From: an uncultured delta proteobacterium
Lineage (GTDB): Bacteria > Desulfobacterota > WTBG01 > CAIYCZ01
Assembly (NCBI GenBank): GCA_963803975.1
Contig: CAWDOY010000008.1
Coordinates: forward strand, 38,426-102,425
Direction: 5' to 3'
DNA length: 64,000 nt
Shown: piece after piece, positions 40,922 through 50,875 of the stretch
Layout of the letters: each line of letters opens with the position of its first letter
Position numbering within the stretch: position 1 is the first letter of the stretch
Translations under genes and position numbers: made by a program
The notes under the pieces: generated by a model
Told to the model about the DNA's origin: nothing
What the model saw: the letters and a program-made list of their open reading frames with translations, nothing else
Databases searched by the model: none

Positions 40922-41525
40922 CCGGGGCTATATGAGTTTGCCCGTGACCGTATTCTGCGAGAACCTGGTGCAGCACAATAACCTCTCAGCGCAGGGCTTT
41001 GCGCAGTGGGCGTTCTATCCGGGGATGCTGTTCAACGCGCAGGATAAATGGTGGGGTGATGGAGGGCGCCGTGCCAGTCCGCATGAGGGGATAGATATCT
41101 GTTTATACCGGGACAGCAGCGGCGCAATACAATTCATTCCCAAAGCAGCCAGGATTCCCGTTATCTATGCGGGACAGGTTAAACGCATATTAGATGATTA
41201 TCTTGGCAGCACCCTGTATCTGGCCCATGAAATCTATGACAGCAGGGGAAACCAATGCTACACGATATATGGGCATGTTGCACCCTGCGCTGGTATTGCC
41301 CCTGGTGATAGCATACGGGACGGGGAAATAGTTGCTGCCATAGCAGATACTGAAGATAGAAAGATAAACATACTACCCCATGTCCACATATCTGTTGCCT
41401 GGATCCCGGAAAGCTTTCCCTCTGAACAGCTCAACTGGTCGATGCTGAACCAGGCTTCAGTCATAACGCTGCTGAACCCCCTTGATATTTTTTCCTGCAC
41501 CTACACGGTCCTGGAAAAAACATAA
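40914..41525 (+). CDS. M23 peptidase-like protein
   Basis: HEGID, YGH, PHVH. Confidence 0.65.
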   Translation: MLDRGYMSLPVTVFCENLVQHNNLSAQGFAQWAFYPGMLFNAQDKWWGDGGRRASPHEGIDICLYRDSSGAIQFIPKAARIPVIYAGQVKRILDDYLGSTLYLAHEIYDSRGNQCYTIYGHVAPCAGIAPGDSIRDGEIVAAIADTEDRKINILPHVHISVAWIPESFPSEQLNWSMLNQASVITLLNPLDIFSCTYTVLEKT

Positions 41526-41554
41526 GAGATGCTAATGCAGGGCAATGTTGTCCG

Positions 41555-42609
41555 TCATAAAAGAGGCGGAACAGACCTGCTTTCACCGAAGCGCATGATC
41601 CAAAATTGGCTGTTGCCCATAGCGGCGGAATCAATAGCCGCCTGCAGGGTTTCAACCGGCTCGTTCTGTTTATCATCACCCAGGCGGAAGGTGCCGAAAT
41701 GCATGGCACTGCTGGTGCGGGCTTGCAGAATGAAATGCGCCCTGAGCGCATCCTGCGGCGAAAGGTGATGGGGCGACATGAACCACACCGGCTGAAACGC
41801 GCCGATGGGCAGCAGGGCCAGGCGCATGCGCGGGAAGCGCTGCGCTATCTGTTCAAAGTGCTGCCCGAAGCCGGTATCGCCCGCGAAATAGACAGCCCCC
41901 GCCGGACTCTCAATAACAAATCCACCCCACAGCGTTTTGTTGTGATCGCACATCCCGCGGTTGGAGAAATGTTTTGCAGGAACAAAGTTGACGGTAAGGC
42001 CGTCACTTCGTTTTTTCCTGCTGCCACCAGTCCATCTCTTCCACCCTGTCGATTCCCTCCTTCGCTAAAAAAGCCCGGTTGCCCATGCCGGTATAGATTC
42101 GTGGCTTGTCGCGGGCCGTGATTTTTTTAAGCGTTGCCAGGTCGAGATGATCATAATGATTGTGGCTCACCACCACTGCATCAATCGGCGGGAGATCATC
42201 CAGAAGCACGCCCGGCGGCTGCACGCGCCGGGGGCCGGAAAACGAGACCGGGCTGGTGCGCTCAGACCAGATGGGATCGGTGAGGATATTCATGCCGTCC
42301 ATCTGGATGAGGAAGGTCGCGTGATTGATAAATGTTATGTGCAGCTCGCCAACGCCGACCCGTTCCGCAAATTTTTTGATGGACAACAGCTGCGGAGACC
42401 GCACGCCAGTCAGGCGCATCGCGCGTTGTCACCCACTTTAAAAAACTGAAGAACCCCTGCCGGGAGCTGTTGCCCTGGTTGTAAAACCGCGTGCCGTCAA
42501 AATGATCTGACCGCACCCCCTTGTAGCCAGGGGCTGAAAACATGCAGCACCCGGAAATAGTGCCGCACACCAGGGTAACAAAAAATATAAATGCAAGGAC
42601 AATCCACAT
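41555..42609 (-). CDS. MBL-fold metallo-hydrolase (NAPE-PLD/RomA-like, frameshifted)
   Basis: ILTDPIWSER, SHNHYDHLD, YFAGDTG, PIGA, MHFGTF. Confidence 0.85.
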
Positions 42610-42736
42610 ATATGCTCAATGAGGAACGAGCCCCTCTTGCTGCGGCAACGCGGCTTGATTTGTGCACATTGGTCCCCGGACAATATCATAGAGCGTCTGA
42701 GTAAAGAAATAGCTTGAATTTGACTAAATGCCCGAC

Positions 42737-42770
42737 TTGACTCGCGCCCCAAGTGGCGGGGTATTCTGGC
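42737..42770 (-). repeat. isolated IS200/IS605-like right end
   Basis: minus strand GAATACCCCGCCACTTGGGGCGCGAGTCAA, a hairpin ending in TCAA. Confidence 0.4.
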
Positions 42771-42878
42771 CATTTTTTTATAAATTAGGAGCTACGGATT
42801 AATAAAAGTACTCTACAAAAAAGGGGGCGGTAGCACTATGGCTGCACCGTCCCCTTTTGTATGCCTGTCATTTTTTCT

Positions 42879-43721
42879 TTACTTGGCTGGTCTCTTGAAG
42901 CGGTTTTTGTGTTCGTTTATCTTATCCTGTATGATCTGCCGCTGTTCCGGGGTCAGAATCTGTGCGGCTTCCAGCTCGGCATTGAACTTGATACCAGCCA
43001 TCTGTATTGTTGGTTCAACCATCTGGCTGATGAGAGTTGCGGCCGCTTCCGTATCTACCGTTGCGGCCAGCAGCGCCTCAGCAAAATCCTTATGCAGCGC
43101 GCCCATCTGCTCGGCAACCGGCTTCATGGCATCGGCGGTTGTATCCTGCAGAGCAATTAATGCTGTTTTCTGCTCCTCGGTCAGGTTCAGGAATGCGAGC
43201 TTTGAGTCGATCATGGCCTTCTGTATGCGCTTTTCATATTTATTGCGCAGATCATCAAGGCCCGGGTATGCCATTATGTATTTAATAAAACTGGTAACAT
43301 CGGTCATAACCCCTTTAATATCCGCCCGCTGCTCAGGGGTGAGAATCTGGGCAGCCTGCACTTTAGCATTGGCTTCGATGGGAATAATCAGGGCTTCAAT
43401 GTCAGTTATGCCCTTGAACAGCTCTGCCGCCTTGACGGTATCGATGGTTTCTGCCAGGAGCGTTGCCTGCAGCTGTTCACTGAGCGGTTTGATCTGCTCA
43501 AAATACGGCTTTATGGCCGCGTGGGTATCCTGCCGCACCTTTTCCAGTGCTGCCTGCTGCTCGTCTGTGATGTTAAAAAAATTGTAGATGAATTTCTTCA
43601 TGGGACACTGCGGATGATTTTGTCCCGGTGTTGTAGTCTGGGCGAACGTTAGGGAAGGCACGCATAGTGTTACTGCGAGAAAAAGGGAAATTACATAGAG
43701 GACTGGAGTCTTTCTTTTCAT
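42879..43721 (-). CDS. Spy/CpxP (LTXXQ) family periplasmic protein, two tandem domains
   Basis: signal peptide; ITDEQ/LTPEQ/LTEEQ/LTPEQ. Confidence 0.8.
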   Translation of the reverse strand: MKRKTPVLYVISLFLAVTLCVPSLTFAQTTTPGQNHPQCPMKKFIYNFFNITDEQQAALEKVRQDTHAAIKPYFEQIKPLSEQLQATLLAETIDTVKAAELFKGITDIEALIIPIEANAKVQAAQILTPEQRADIKGVMTDVTSFIKYIMAYPGLDDLRNKYEKRIQKAMIDSKLAFLNLTEEQKTALIALQDTTADAMKPVAEQMGALHKDFAEALLAATVDTEAAATLISQMVEPTIQMAGIKFNAELEAAQILTPEQRQIIQDKINEHKNRFKRPAK

Positions 43722-43986
43722 TTCGTTACCTCCTGCAGACGCTTGGCTGCTTATGTGGTTTTTTGTTGACGGGTTCGAAGCTTTTCTCCATACATCACAA
43801 TTAATCTGGACAGTACCTTTTTTCACCTCCCTTCATTGATTGAAGCCTCTGCCCCGGAATAAGTAGTTCCAAAAACGCACTGAGAGATCTCGCTGGCAGC
43901 TGATATGAAATGTTATTATTAGTGATTGTAACATATGCGTTCAACACCTGCAATGGGTGATAAATAATTCATATCACATCATAGTA

Positions 43987-44085
43987 TCATTCCCTCGGAA
44001 GAGGGAATCCGGGAAAATTTTCATGGATTATTGTAGATTCCCGTCCCCGACTGAAACCTTCGAGGACGAGCTTACTCGGGAATGA
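43987..44085. repeat. REP-like palindromic element
   Basis: TCATTCCC..GGGAATCC ... GATTCCC..GGGAATGA. Confidence 0.55.
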
Positions 44086-44605
44086 CATCCCTACATAGAA
44101 TAATGCCGCGTCCTCATTGGGCAAAGGCCCGTGAAAGTTTACCCCTATGTACCCCTCTGCCTTTTACAACAGGTTTTCTACTGACATTTTCATACGGCTA
44201 TTAAAAATAACTATAATTTACTTGCTCTGTATATACTGGTCATGTTATTTCTGGAGCAACCAGAGGGTAGTTAATTAATGTCAAAATTATGGGGCTCCTT
44301 CAAATTACAAGTATTCTGACCGGCGTCATTCAGCCAAACCGGGCTGACTGGCGTTTTTCTGTTTTTCATGCATAACCTGCACTGCTCGACTGGATTCTCT
44401 TCCACACACCCTCCTCCATGCAACCTCTTGTGCGGGAAAGCTGATTACCCACTGAAGATATATACAGACAAACAATAAATTCCCAAAACACTAAAAAACC
44501 TTTTCAGCCTGAACCGGAAACATCCTCTGCCAATGGTAAAAAACAGCCCATGCAATGGTATGGGCAATAACCAGCTTTGTTAACCACTGTATGAAAGGAG
44601 AATGT

Positions 44606-46618
44606 ATGGAGCGCAGAAAAATCACCCTACCCCTCATTCTTGTTCTGGCCGTGGCCGCGTGCCTGGCACTATCTTCATGCACGAAAACAGACACTGTCGG
44701 CGTGCTCTATGTGCTGCATGGAGGAATGGACACCAACAAACCTCAATATATGTGGGATGCGTCAGTGCAGATGTTTGCGTATGATCAGAACCATGCCGTC
44801 TACAAATTTGTTATAAAGGACCCTGCAATGTGGCCTACGGTATTGAACCCGGAAACCACGGAATTTGCAGTCCGGTTTATGCGGAAGTATGACTTCACCT
44901 ATACACGGATCGGGGGCGTCGATCCTTTTCAATCGCTGTCTGAGAAGCAGCTTGCGGACATGAAAACCGCATTGGATAATAACCCCTACGGAATCAAATT
45001 TGAAGTTGACTGGACAAGCTGGCTTGCCGCCGACCACATTGACCATCTGCCGTATCCCCGGTTCGTATATAACGCGCCGGGAAATGGCGTTCAGCTCAAC
45101 TATTGCGGAGAGGGTGATAAAGGCGGCCCGTGGGAAAATTGTGATCCTGAGCGCTATAACGTGGAAGGACCGGTGGAAAAGCTCCTGAAAAAAGGGGTCT
45201 CGCGCATTATTGTTATCGATATGACGGTGGGCGGAATGAGATTTTACAAATCGTTTGACGTGGTGCAGATGTCCAAACAGGTTGTTAATCAGTGGAATGC
45301 TGAGCACGGCACGTCAATACCGCTCATCTGGGTTAATGACTACAGTAACCTTATGGAGCGGTCCTATCCTGAAGACGAGGGATGGACTTCTACTGCCGGC
45401 CCGCCGAAAAAGGACCGGCACGCCATCATCCAGGGAAGCCCTAACCCGGTTGCCGCTGATCCGGAGCTTGCTGCCTTCCATGTAGAGGGCATCGAGGCAC
45501 GGATGTCGCAGAATGTCCCCGATGCAGAAACCGGCGTGCTCATGTTCAGCCACGGCCTTTTTGATGCGAACAGGAGATTCTTTGACCCTAAGATAGATGA
45601 TGTGGTCCTTATGCAAAAAAATATCAAGGCGCAGCTTCGTGAACGCCATCCGGATATAGATCCGCAAAATATTGTCGGCGGTTTCGGCGGGGTCAAGCAG
45701 CTCAATTCTGAAAATGGCCTGACGGAAATTAACCGCAGCATGCGCGGAGAAAACGTGGCGCATTCCTACCTGCTTGAAGGTGACAAGGATATGCCGGGTG
45801 ATGAATGGGGGTACCGCTACTGGGATGCGCTCGAATATCTCAAAAACCGCGGTGTCAAACACATCGTGGTTGATTTTACCAATTATGTATCCTATTCCGT
45901 GCTGGTTCTTGAAGTCTATAACCAGATTTCCAAAGAGATCGGAGTGAAGACGTGGTTAAAATATAATACGGGTGACTTTGACACCTATCCGAATGTGGGG
46001 CATCCTTTTTCTGAGTATTGGGGCAACTGGGCAAATACTGACTGCGGCGGAGAAAAGTGCTGCTTTGAAATGGGCGGCTGCGGCGATGGTTACACTGCCT
46101 ACCCGCCGCCGCGCCAGGGCGCTCTCAACAAGTCTTTGAGCGACCTTGACCCGTCGCTTGTCTTTGACAACAGCGATTACGGCCACCTGGGCTATGACCC
46201 GGCCCTGGGTGCGCCGGACCCGAACAAGCCCGTGCAGAACCAGTACACCGGCACCTGGGACGTGTTTGCAACCGCAGATGATGACCCTCTCTTTGGTAAA
46301 ATGCTCGCTAAACACGTGCTCAACGCGGCCATCAAGCCAATGGTGTATATCACCAATACGGATGTTAAGACCAGCGTAACGGCGGGTGAAAGCGTCACGT
46401 GGGAGGCGAATGCGACCGGCGGCAAACCGGGATACACCTATCAATGGTCAATACAAAAACAGGGAACAACAGATTGGCAGGCAGCCGGCCAGAACAGTGC
46501 CACCTGGGACTGGGCGCCCGGCGCAGCTGATGCAGGCGTCTATACTATCCGCTGCAGGGTAACAGATGCTAACCTTCGTGCTGGTGAGGTTACCTGGGAA
46601 GGATTTATAGTATCGTAA
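44606..46618 (+). CDS. lipoprotein with ferrochelatase-like N-terminal pattern and C-terminal Ig/PKD-like domain
   Basis: LSSC lipobox; VGVLYVLHG, YTRIGGVDP..SEKQ, LLKKGVSRIIVI, GVLMFSHG; GGKPGYTYQW..GVYTIRCRVTD. Confidence 0.6.
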   Translation: MERRKITLPLILVLAVAACLALSSCTKTDTVGVLYVLHGGMDTNKPQYMWDASVQMFAYDQNHAVYKFVIKDPAMWPTVLNPETTEFAVRFMRKYDFTYTRIGGVDPFQSLSEKQLADMKTALDNNPYGIKFEVDWTSWLAADHIDHLPYPRFVYNAPGNGVQLNYCGEGDKGGPWENCDPERYNVEGPVEKLLKKGVSRIIVIDMTVGGMRFYKSFDVVQMSKQVVNQWNAEHGTSIPLIWVNDYSNLMERSYPEDEGWTSTAGPPKKDRHAIIQGSPNPVAADPELAAFHVEGIEARMSQNVPDAETGVLMFSHGLFDANRRFFDPKIDDVVLMQKNIKAQLRERHPDIDPQNIVGGFGGVKQLNSENGLTEINRSMRGENVAHSYLLEGDKDMPGDEWGYRYWDALEYLKNRGVKHIVVDFTNYVSYSVLVLEVYNQISKEIGVKTWLKYNTGDFDTYPNVGHPFSEYWGNWANTDCGGEKCCFEMGGCGDGYTAYPPPRQGALNKSLSDLDPSLVFDNSDYGHLGYDPALGAPDPNKPVQNQYTGTWDVFATADDDPLFGKMLAKHVLNAAIKPMVYITNTDVKTSVTAGESVTWEANATGGKPGYTYQWSIQKQGTTDWQAAGQNSATWDWAPGAADAGVYTIRCRVTDANLRAGEVTWEGFIVS

Positions 46619-46624
46619 GCTCAC

Positions 46625-46664
46625 AAAAAGAGGCAGCGGCCATCACCTGGCCCTGCCTCTTTTC
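46625..46664 (+). terminator. intrinsic terminator
   Basis: AAAAGAGGCAG..CTGCCTCTTTT. Confidence 0.65.
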
Positions 46665-46849
46665 TTATTACAATTTTTACCTCATTGATGCGTGGGTCAT
46701 ATCGCCACTTGCTGGGCCCTTGCATCAAACCCCGCTTGATGACGCGGTGCTCGCCCTGCGCGCCGCGTTGGTAAAATAGATTCAGCTCACCGTGAAGGGT
46801 GCCACTGGTTATTTCCCAGCAGCGGCTCAGGCAGAAGACAACATATACC

Positions 46850-46893
46850 TTGACACTGAGTAACAATTGTGTACATAATTAAATACACAATTG
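46850..46893 (+). promoter_or_regulatory. TA promoter/operator
   Basis: TTGACA plus inverted repeat CAATTGTGTA-N10-TACACAATTG. Confidence 0.6.
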
Positions 46894-46906
46894 GAGGACA
46901 TAGAGT

Positions 46907-47194
46907 ATGAAAATATTAAGTGTGCGTGACTTGAGAACCAGGGCCGCGCAGGTCTGGAAGGAATTGCCGGCGGAACGGGAAATGGTTATCACCAACAATG
47001 GAAGGCCGGTTGCCATTCTTGCCGCCATTAACGAATCAACCCTTGAGGAATCGTTATCGGCATTCCGGCAGGCCCGGGCGGTTGAAGCAGTAGCAAGCCT
47101 GCAGCGGCAGTCCGTTGAACGGGGGACCAGCAAAATGTCTCCGGAAGAAATCAATGCTGAAATCAGGGCAGTCCGCAGAAAGCGTGCGCGATGA
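46907..47194 (+). CDS. Phd/YefM family antitoxin
   Basis: LSVRDLR, VITNNGRPVAIL. Confidence 0.88.
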   Translation: MKILSVRDLRTRAAQVWKELPAEREMVITNNGRPVAILAAINESTLEESLSAFRQARAVEAVASLQRQSVERGTSKMSPEEINAEIRAVRRKRAR

Positions 47195-47463
47195 ATATCG
47201 TTCTGGATACCAATGTTCTGGTCGCAGGGCTGCTGACACCTTCGGGCCCCTGCGGGGAGATTATGAGAATGGTTTCATCCGGGGAATTGAGGCTGAGCTT
47301 TGATGCGCGAATTCTTTCCGAATATCATGAGGTTCTGCTGCGGCCCAAATTCAAATTCAAAAAAGATAGTGTGATAGCCCTGCTCGAGTATATCAGGCAC
47401 AGCGGCAGAGTAGTGGCTTCTTCACCGCTGCCTCATTCATTGCCCCACCAGGATGATAACGCC
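47191..47463 (+). pseudogene. PIN-domain toxin truncated after DDNA, fused to a foreign fragment
   Basis: IVLDTNVLV, EYHEVL, DDN; the expected C-terminal A..LVTG(N/D) segment is absent. Confidence 0.75.
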
Positions 47464-49003
47464 TATGTCTACAGATTTCTGAAAATACAGTATGTCCTGG
47501 GCAAGCCGCAAACTGAAATAATTTTCGAAAAATGGAATCCGATCAATCGGGTTACCGTTACCCCGGATAAGGAGGTGGGTGGGCAGAAGACCCTCCTTAT
47601 TGATTATGACTCTTCCGCCTGCTCTACCATGATTGCTTTTGACGGGGACACGGAAAAAGCAGGCTTTTGAACTCCCATATCAAGTCCTTTTATTATCAAA
47701 TTTTGAACTCTGATGCGGATACTTTGATTATTGGTATTGGTGGCGGCCAAGATATTCTGAACGCCTATGTGAACGGGATTAAAAGAATAACCGCGGTTGA
47801 GATAAACCCTGTTATCGCCAAATTGAATACGGATCTTTTCAAAAAGTTTAATGGGGACCTTTTCAATCGCGCCAATGTAACCCTGCACATAGATGAAGGA
47901 CGAAGTTTCATCCGTATTCTGGAGAAAAGTATGACTGCATCCATTTGGGCAATGTGGCCAGGCTGTCGTGTCTGGCAGTCAGGCATGAAGCTGTTACACA
48001 TTTGCTCCTTGTAAACCATTCGTATTGACTTGCGGGCACAGGAAAAACTATTCGCAATGATTTTAACGTGTTATCCGCTCCTTGAAAAAGAGCCATCCGA
48101 TAAACAGAAATCCATCAAAGACGAGGGACCGCTTACTGAATTAATGGCTGATATTTTGATCACCTCTTTTAAGCTCTGGCACTTTGTCCTTTACCCCACC
48201 ACCAGACAACGTCCCATTTTCTCAAAATATCTCAAGAATAAACATTATGTCTGGAAGTTCCCCTCTATCCGCACCCACTTTACGTATCCAGTATTCATGT
48301 TTAAATCGCTTTTTCTCATCACTTTTCTCATGATCATAATAAGCATTTTTCTTCCTTTGCTGTGGTTCAGAAAAAAGGTTTCACCGCACGGACCTGCCCC
48401 GCTGCGCGGTTACTACCTTTTCTATTTTTCCTGCCTCGGACTCGGATTTATGCTTGTAGAAATCCCTTTGATCCAGAAGTTTATCCTGCTTTTAGGGCAG
48501 CCCCTCTATTCAATTGCCGTAATCCTTGCCGCTTTACTCATTTCCTCCGGGGTCGGGAGCCTGCTGTCAGGAAGGATTTCTGAAAAAGCCAGCTCGTCCG
48601 CTCTGCGCGGTGTTATATGTGTCATCTGCGCTCTGGTGATCAGCACTATCTATGGACTGCCCGTCTTGTTTGATGCATGTTTGGGCATGTCAACAGCTGT
48701 CCGGGTCCTATTTCCATCATAGTCGTCCTGCCGTTGGGAATCTTGATGGGAATGACCCTGCCCATTGGCATACGGCTCCTCGAACAGGAGATCCCCGCCA
48801 TGATACCATGGGTCTGGAGTTTAAATGGTGCATGCTCGGTTATGGGATCAATCGCAGCCTGGGGATTATCTCTTAACTACGGCTATCGTGCAACCCTTTG
48901 GACGGCAGTGATCGTTTATGGTTGCGCTTGTCTAATTATGATTCTTAAGTCTCATACCGGGAGACAGCAGCGACAGGTTGGCTTCAGTGCGAGAAATTCT
49001 TAA
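47464..49003 (+). pseudogene. fragmented spermidine-synthase-like (class I SAM) membrane protein
   Basis: EKWNPINRV, IIGIGGGQD, AVEINP, DEGRSF, GLGFMLVEI, WVWSLNGACSV; N-terminus missing, frameshifts. Confidence 0.7.
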
Positions 49004-49067
49004 GGTCAAGTACTAATCTATTCGGCCAAAGCAATACATATTCACGTCATCAATTTACTATGTATCA

Positions 49068-49244
49068 ATGAAAGAAGAAAAACTACTGCAGAAGGGATGT
49101 AGAATAGAATATATTGATGGGTTGCGAGGGGTAGCTGCAATAATGGTATGTTTCGGGCATTTTATAGGGGCTTTTGCTCCTGAGTTAATAATACGGAGAC
49201 CCGGCCGCGCCTTTTTTCCAGCAGCATCCGGTAATAAAATATAA
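49068..49244 (+). pseudogene. N-terminal fragment of acyltransferase family 3 (OafA-like)
   Basis: RIEYIDGLRGVAAIMVCFGH then an early stop. Confidence 0.7.
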
Positions 49245-49439
49245 GGGGGGTGGCGGGATTGTCAATGGCTGGAGTTTAGCAATCAGCTCCGGAATATTCT
49301 GGATGACAAGCAACCACATTTTTTCCTGCTGTATATCCCTATAATTACTGCCTGTTTAATTCCGGTTCGTCCAGATCAGGATTTAGAAGCACATAAGGAT
49401 GGACATTGGTAGATTTATTCGAGACAAACACAAACCCTT

Positions 49440-50009
49440 TTATTCTCCCGCGCTGCACCCCAGCTCAAAATCAAGCTCCACTTCGCCCTGGCAGTTTATA
49501 AACGTGTAGCGAAAAACTCCGGTGCGTTTATTGAGGCCGCCATAGATTCGGTATTTCTTGAATTGCAGCACGCCGCAGCTGACCGCTTCCCTGAACCATA
49601 TTCCTGCGCCAATCTCCCGGATATGTGACCGCGAGAACGGATAAAAAATGTCCGCCCAGTTCCACCAGAACTGGCCGAAGTTCTCGACAAAGATCAGCTG
49701 CCCGGTGGCCGTGTCAGTGTACCCGATACGGCCGCCAATGTAGTAGATATCCTGCCGGTCACGCGCCCAGTCTCCGCTTGCCCCCTCCTCCCGGCCGCGC
49801 ACCACGCAGATGTCAGCTGCTTCAACTGATATCAAAGCTTTGCCCGAGACATTGGGATTGGTCACCGTGTCGCAGCGTGCAATTTCACTATGGTTTACCG
49901 GAAGCAGGCCGGGATCATCACACTGAGAAGCGCCTGCGGATGTAATCCGGACAATACCGAGCAGGACCACCGCGCAGCTGACAATTTTAAATACGTGCTT
50001 GATGCTCAT
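49440..50009 (-). CDS. hypothetical secreted protein
   Basis: signal peptide, six Cys in the mature part, AGGAG RBS. Confidence 0.6.
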   Translation of the reverse strand: MSIKHVFKIVSCAVVLLGIVRITSAGASQCDDPGLLPVNHSEIARCDTVTNPNVSGKALISVEAADICVVRGREEGASGDWARDRQDIYYIGGRIGYTDTATGQLIFVENFGQFWWNWADIFYPFSRSHIREIGAGIWFREAVSCGVLQFKKYRIYGGLNKRTGVFRYTFINCQGEVELDFELGCSAGE

Positions 50010-50071
50010 GGTTATTTCTCCTCACCCGCAACACGCGCTTGACCGCGCCGTCGCACAGCATCACGGATTTA

Positions 50072-50761
50072 TCAGCCTTTTTTAAGAAAATATTCTTTAA
50101 GGGGCGCATACTCTATCACCATAAACAGGGTCGTGCCGATGACCATCATCAACGCGATGACGGGTGGCGGAATTGCACCGGGAAAAAGGACTGACGGGCT
50201 ATAGCACGCGATCGCGGGTATCAAAAGCCCTCCCAGCTTGCGATAAAAGCCATCGCGTTCCCGCCCTCCATCCCGTATCATACAGATGGCGATTGCCAGC
50301 CCCTGTATCACCCACGGCACGATGCGGATGGTGCTCCACACGGGCGGGGGATGCGGGCTGGTCAACTGATTCTGCGGCAGCAGCACCAGAATGATGCCCA
50401 GCACACCGCAGGCCATGAGAAACCGGTACAAAGGCTCCCCGGTTTTTTGAAAGCGCACGGCCCAGATATTGGTGAAGAACAGCAGCAGGATGTACATTGC
50501 CAGCAGCTCAAGAATAGTGCTGGCTGCTGAAACGCCCGGACCGCTTTCAAGATTGCCCGAGACTATTGCTACCAGCCGCGCTCCGACATGCGCGAGATCA
50601 CCGACAAAAAAGAGCAGAAATGCGAGCCGGAAACGCTGCGCGATGGCCATATGCTCCGGTTTGACGCGTTTCATCCGCAGCGTCATTACCAGGATGATAC
50701 AGAAGATAAACGTTAAATAAATAACATTGAATCCCAGCTCCATATACTTTGGATTTGCCAT
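50072..50761 (-). CDS. multi-pass membrane protein
   Basis: about 7 hydrophobic segments, GDLAHVGAR, GGAGG RBS. Confidence 0.7.
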   Translation of the reverse strand: MANPKYMELGFNVIYLTFIFCIILVMTLRMKRVKPEHMAIAQRFRLAFLLFFVGDLAHVGARLVAIVSGNLESGPGVSAASTILELLAMYILLLFFTNIWAVRFQKTGEPLYRFLMACGVLGIILVLLPQNQLTSPHPPPVWSTIRIVPWVIQGLAIAICMIRDGGRERDGFYRKLGGLLIPAIACYSPSVLFPGAIPPPVIALMMVIGTTLFMVIEYAPLKEYFLKKG

Positions 50762-50782
50762 GGGCGACCCTCCGTTTCCTCT

Positions 50783-50846
50783 CTAACAGGTTGTTGAAAA
50801 AGCAGTTTTCTCCCGGGCTGGTCAAAAACATCCGGATGCAAGGCGA
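50783..50846 (+). repeat. left half of a MITE-like element
   Basis: CTAA|CAGGTTGTTGAAAAA..GGTCAAAAACATCCGGATGCAAGGCG. Confidence 0.5.
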
Positions 50847-50875
50847 ACCTTTCGAGGTATGCAACCGACCACAAC

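Noticed and set aside
46621..46866. 81-aa minus-strand ORF
   Set aside because: Spans a terminator and the TA promoter, with no recognisable family
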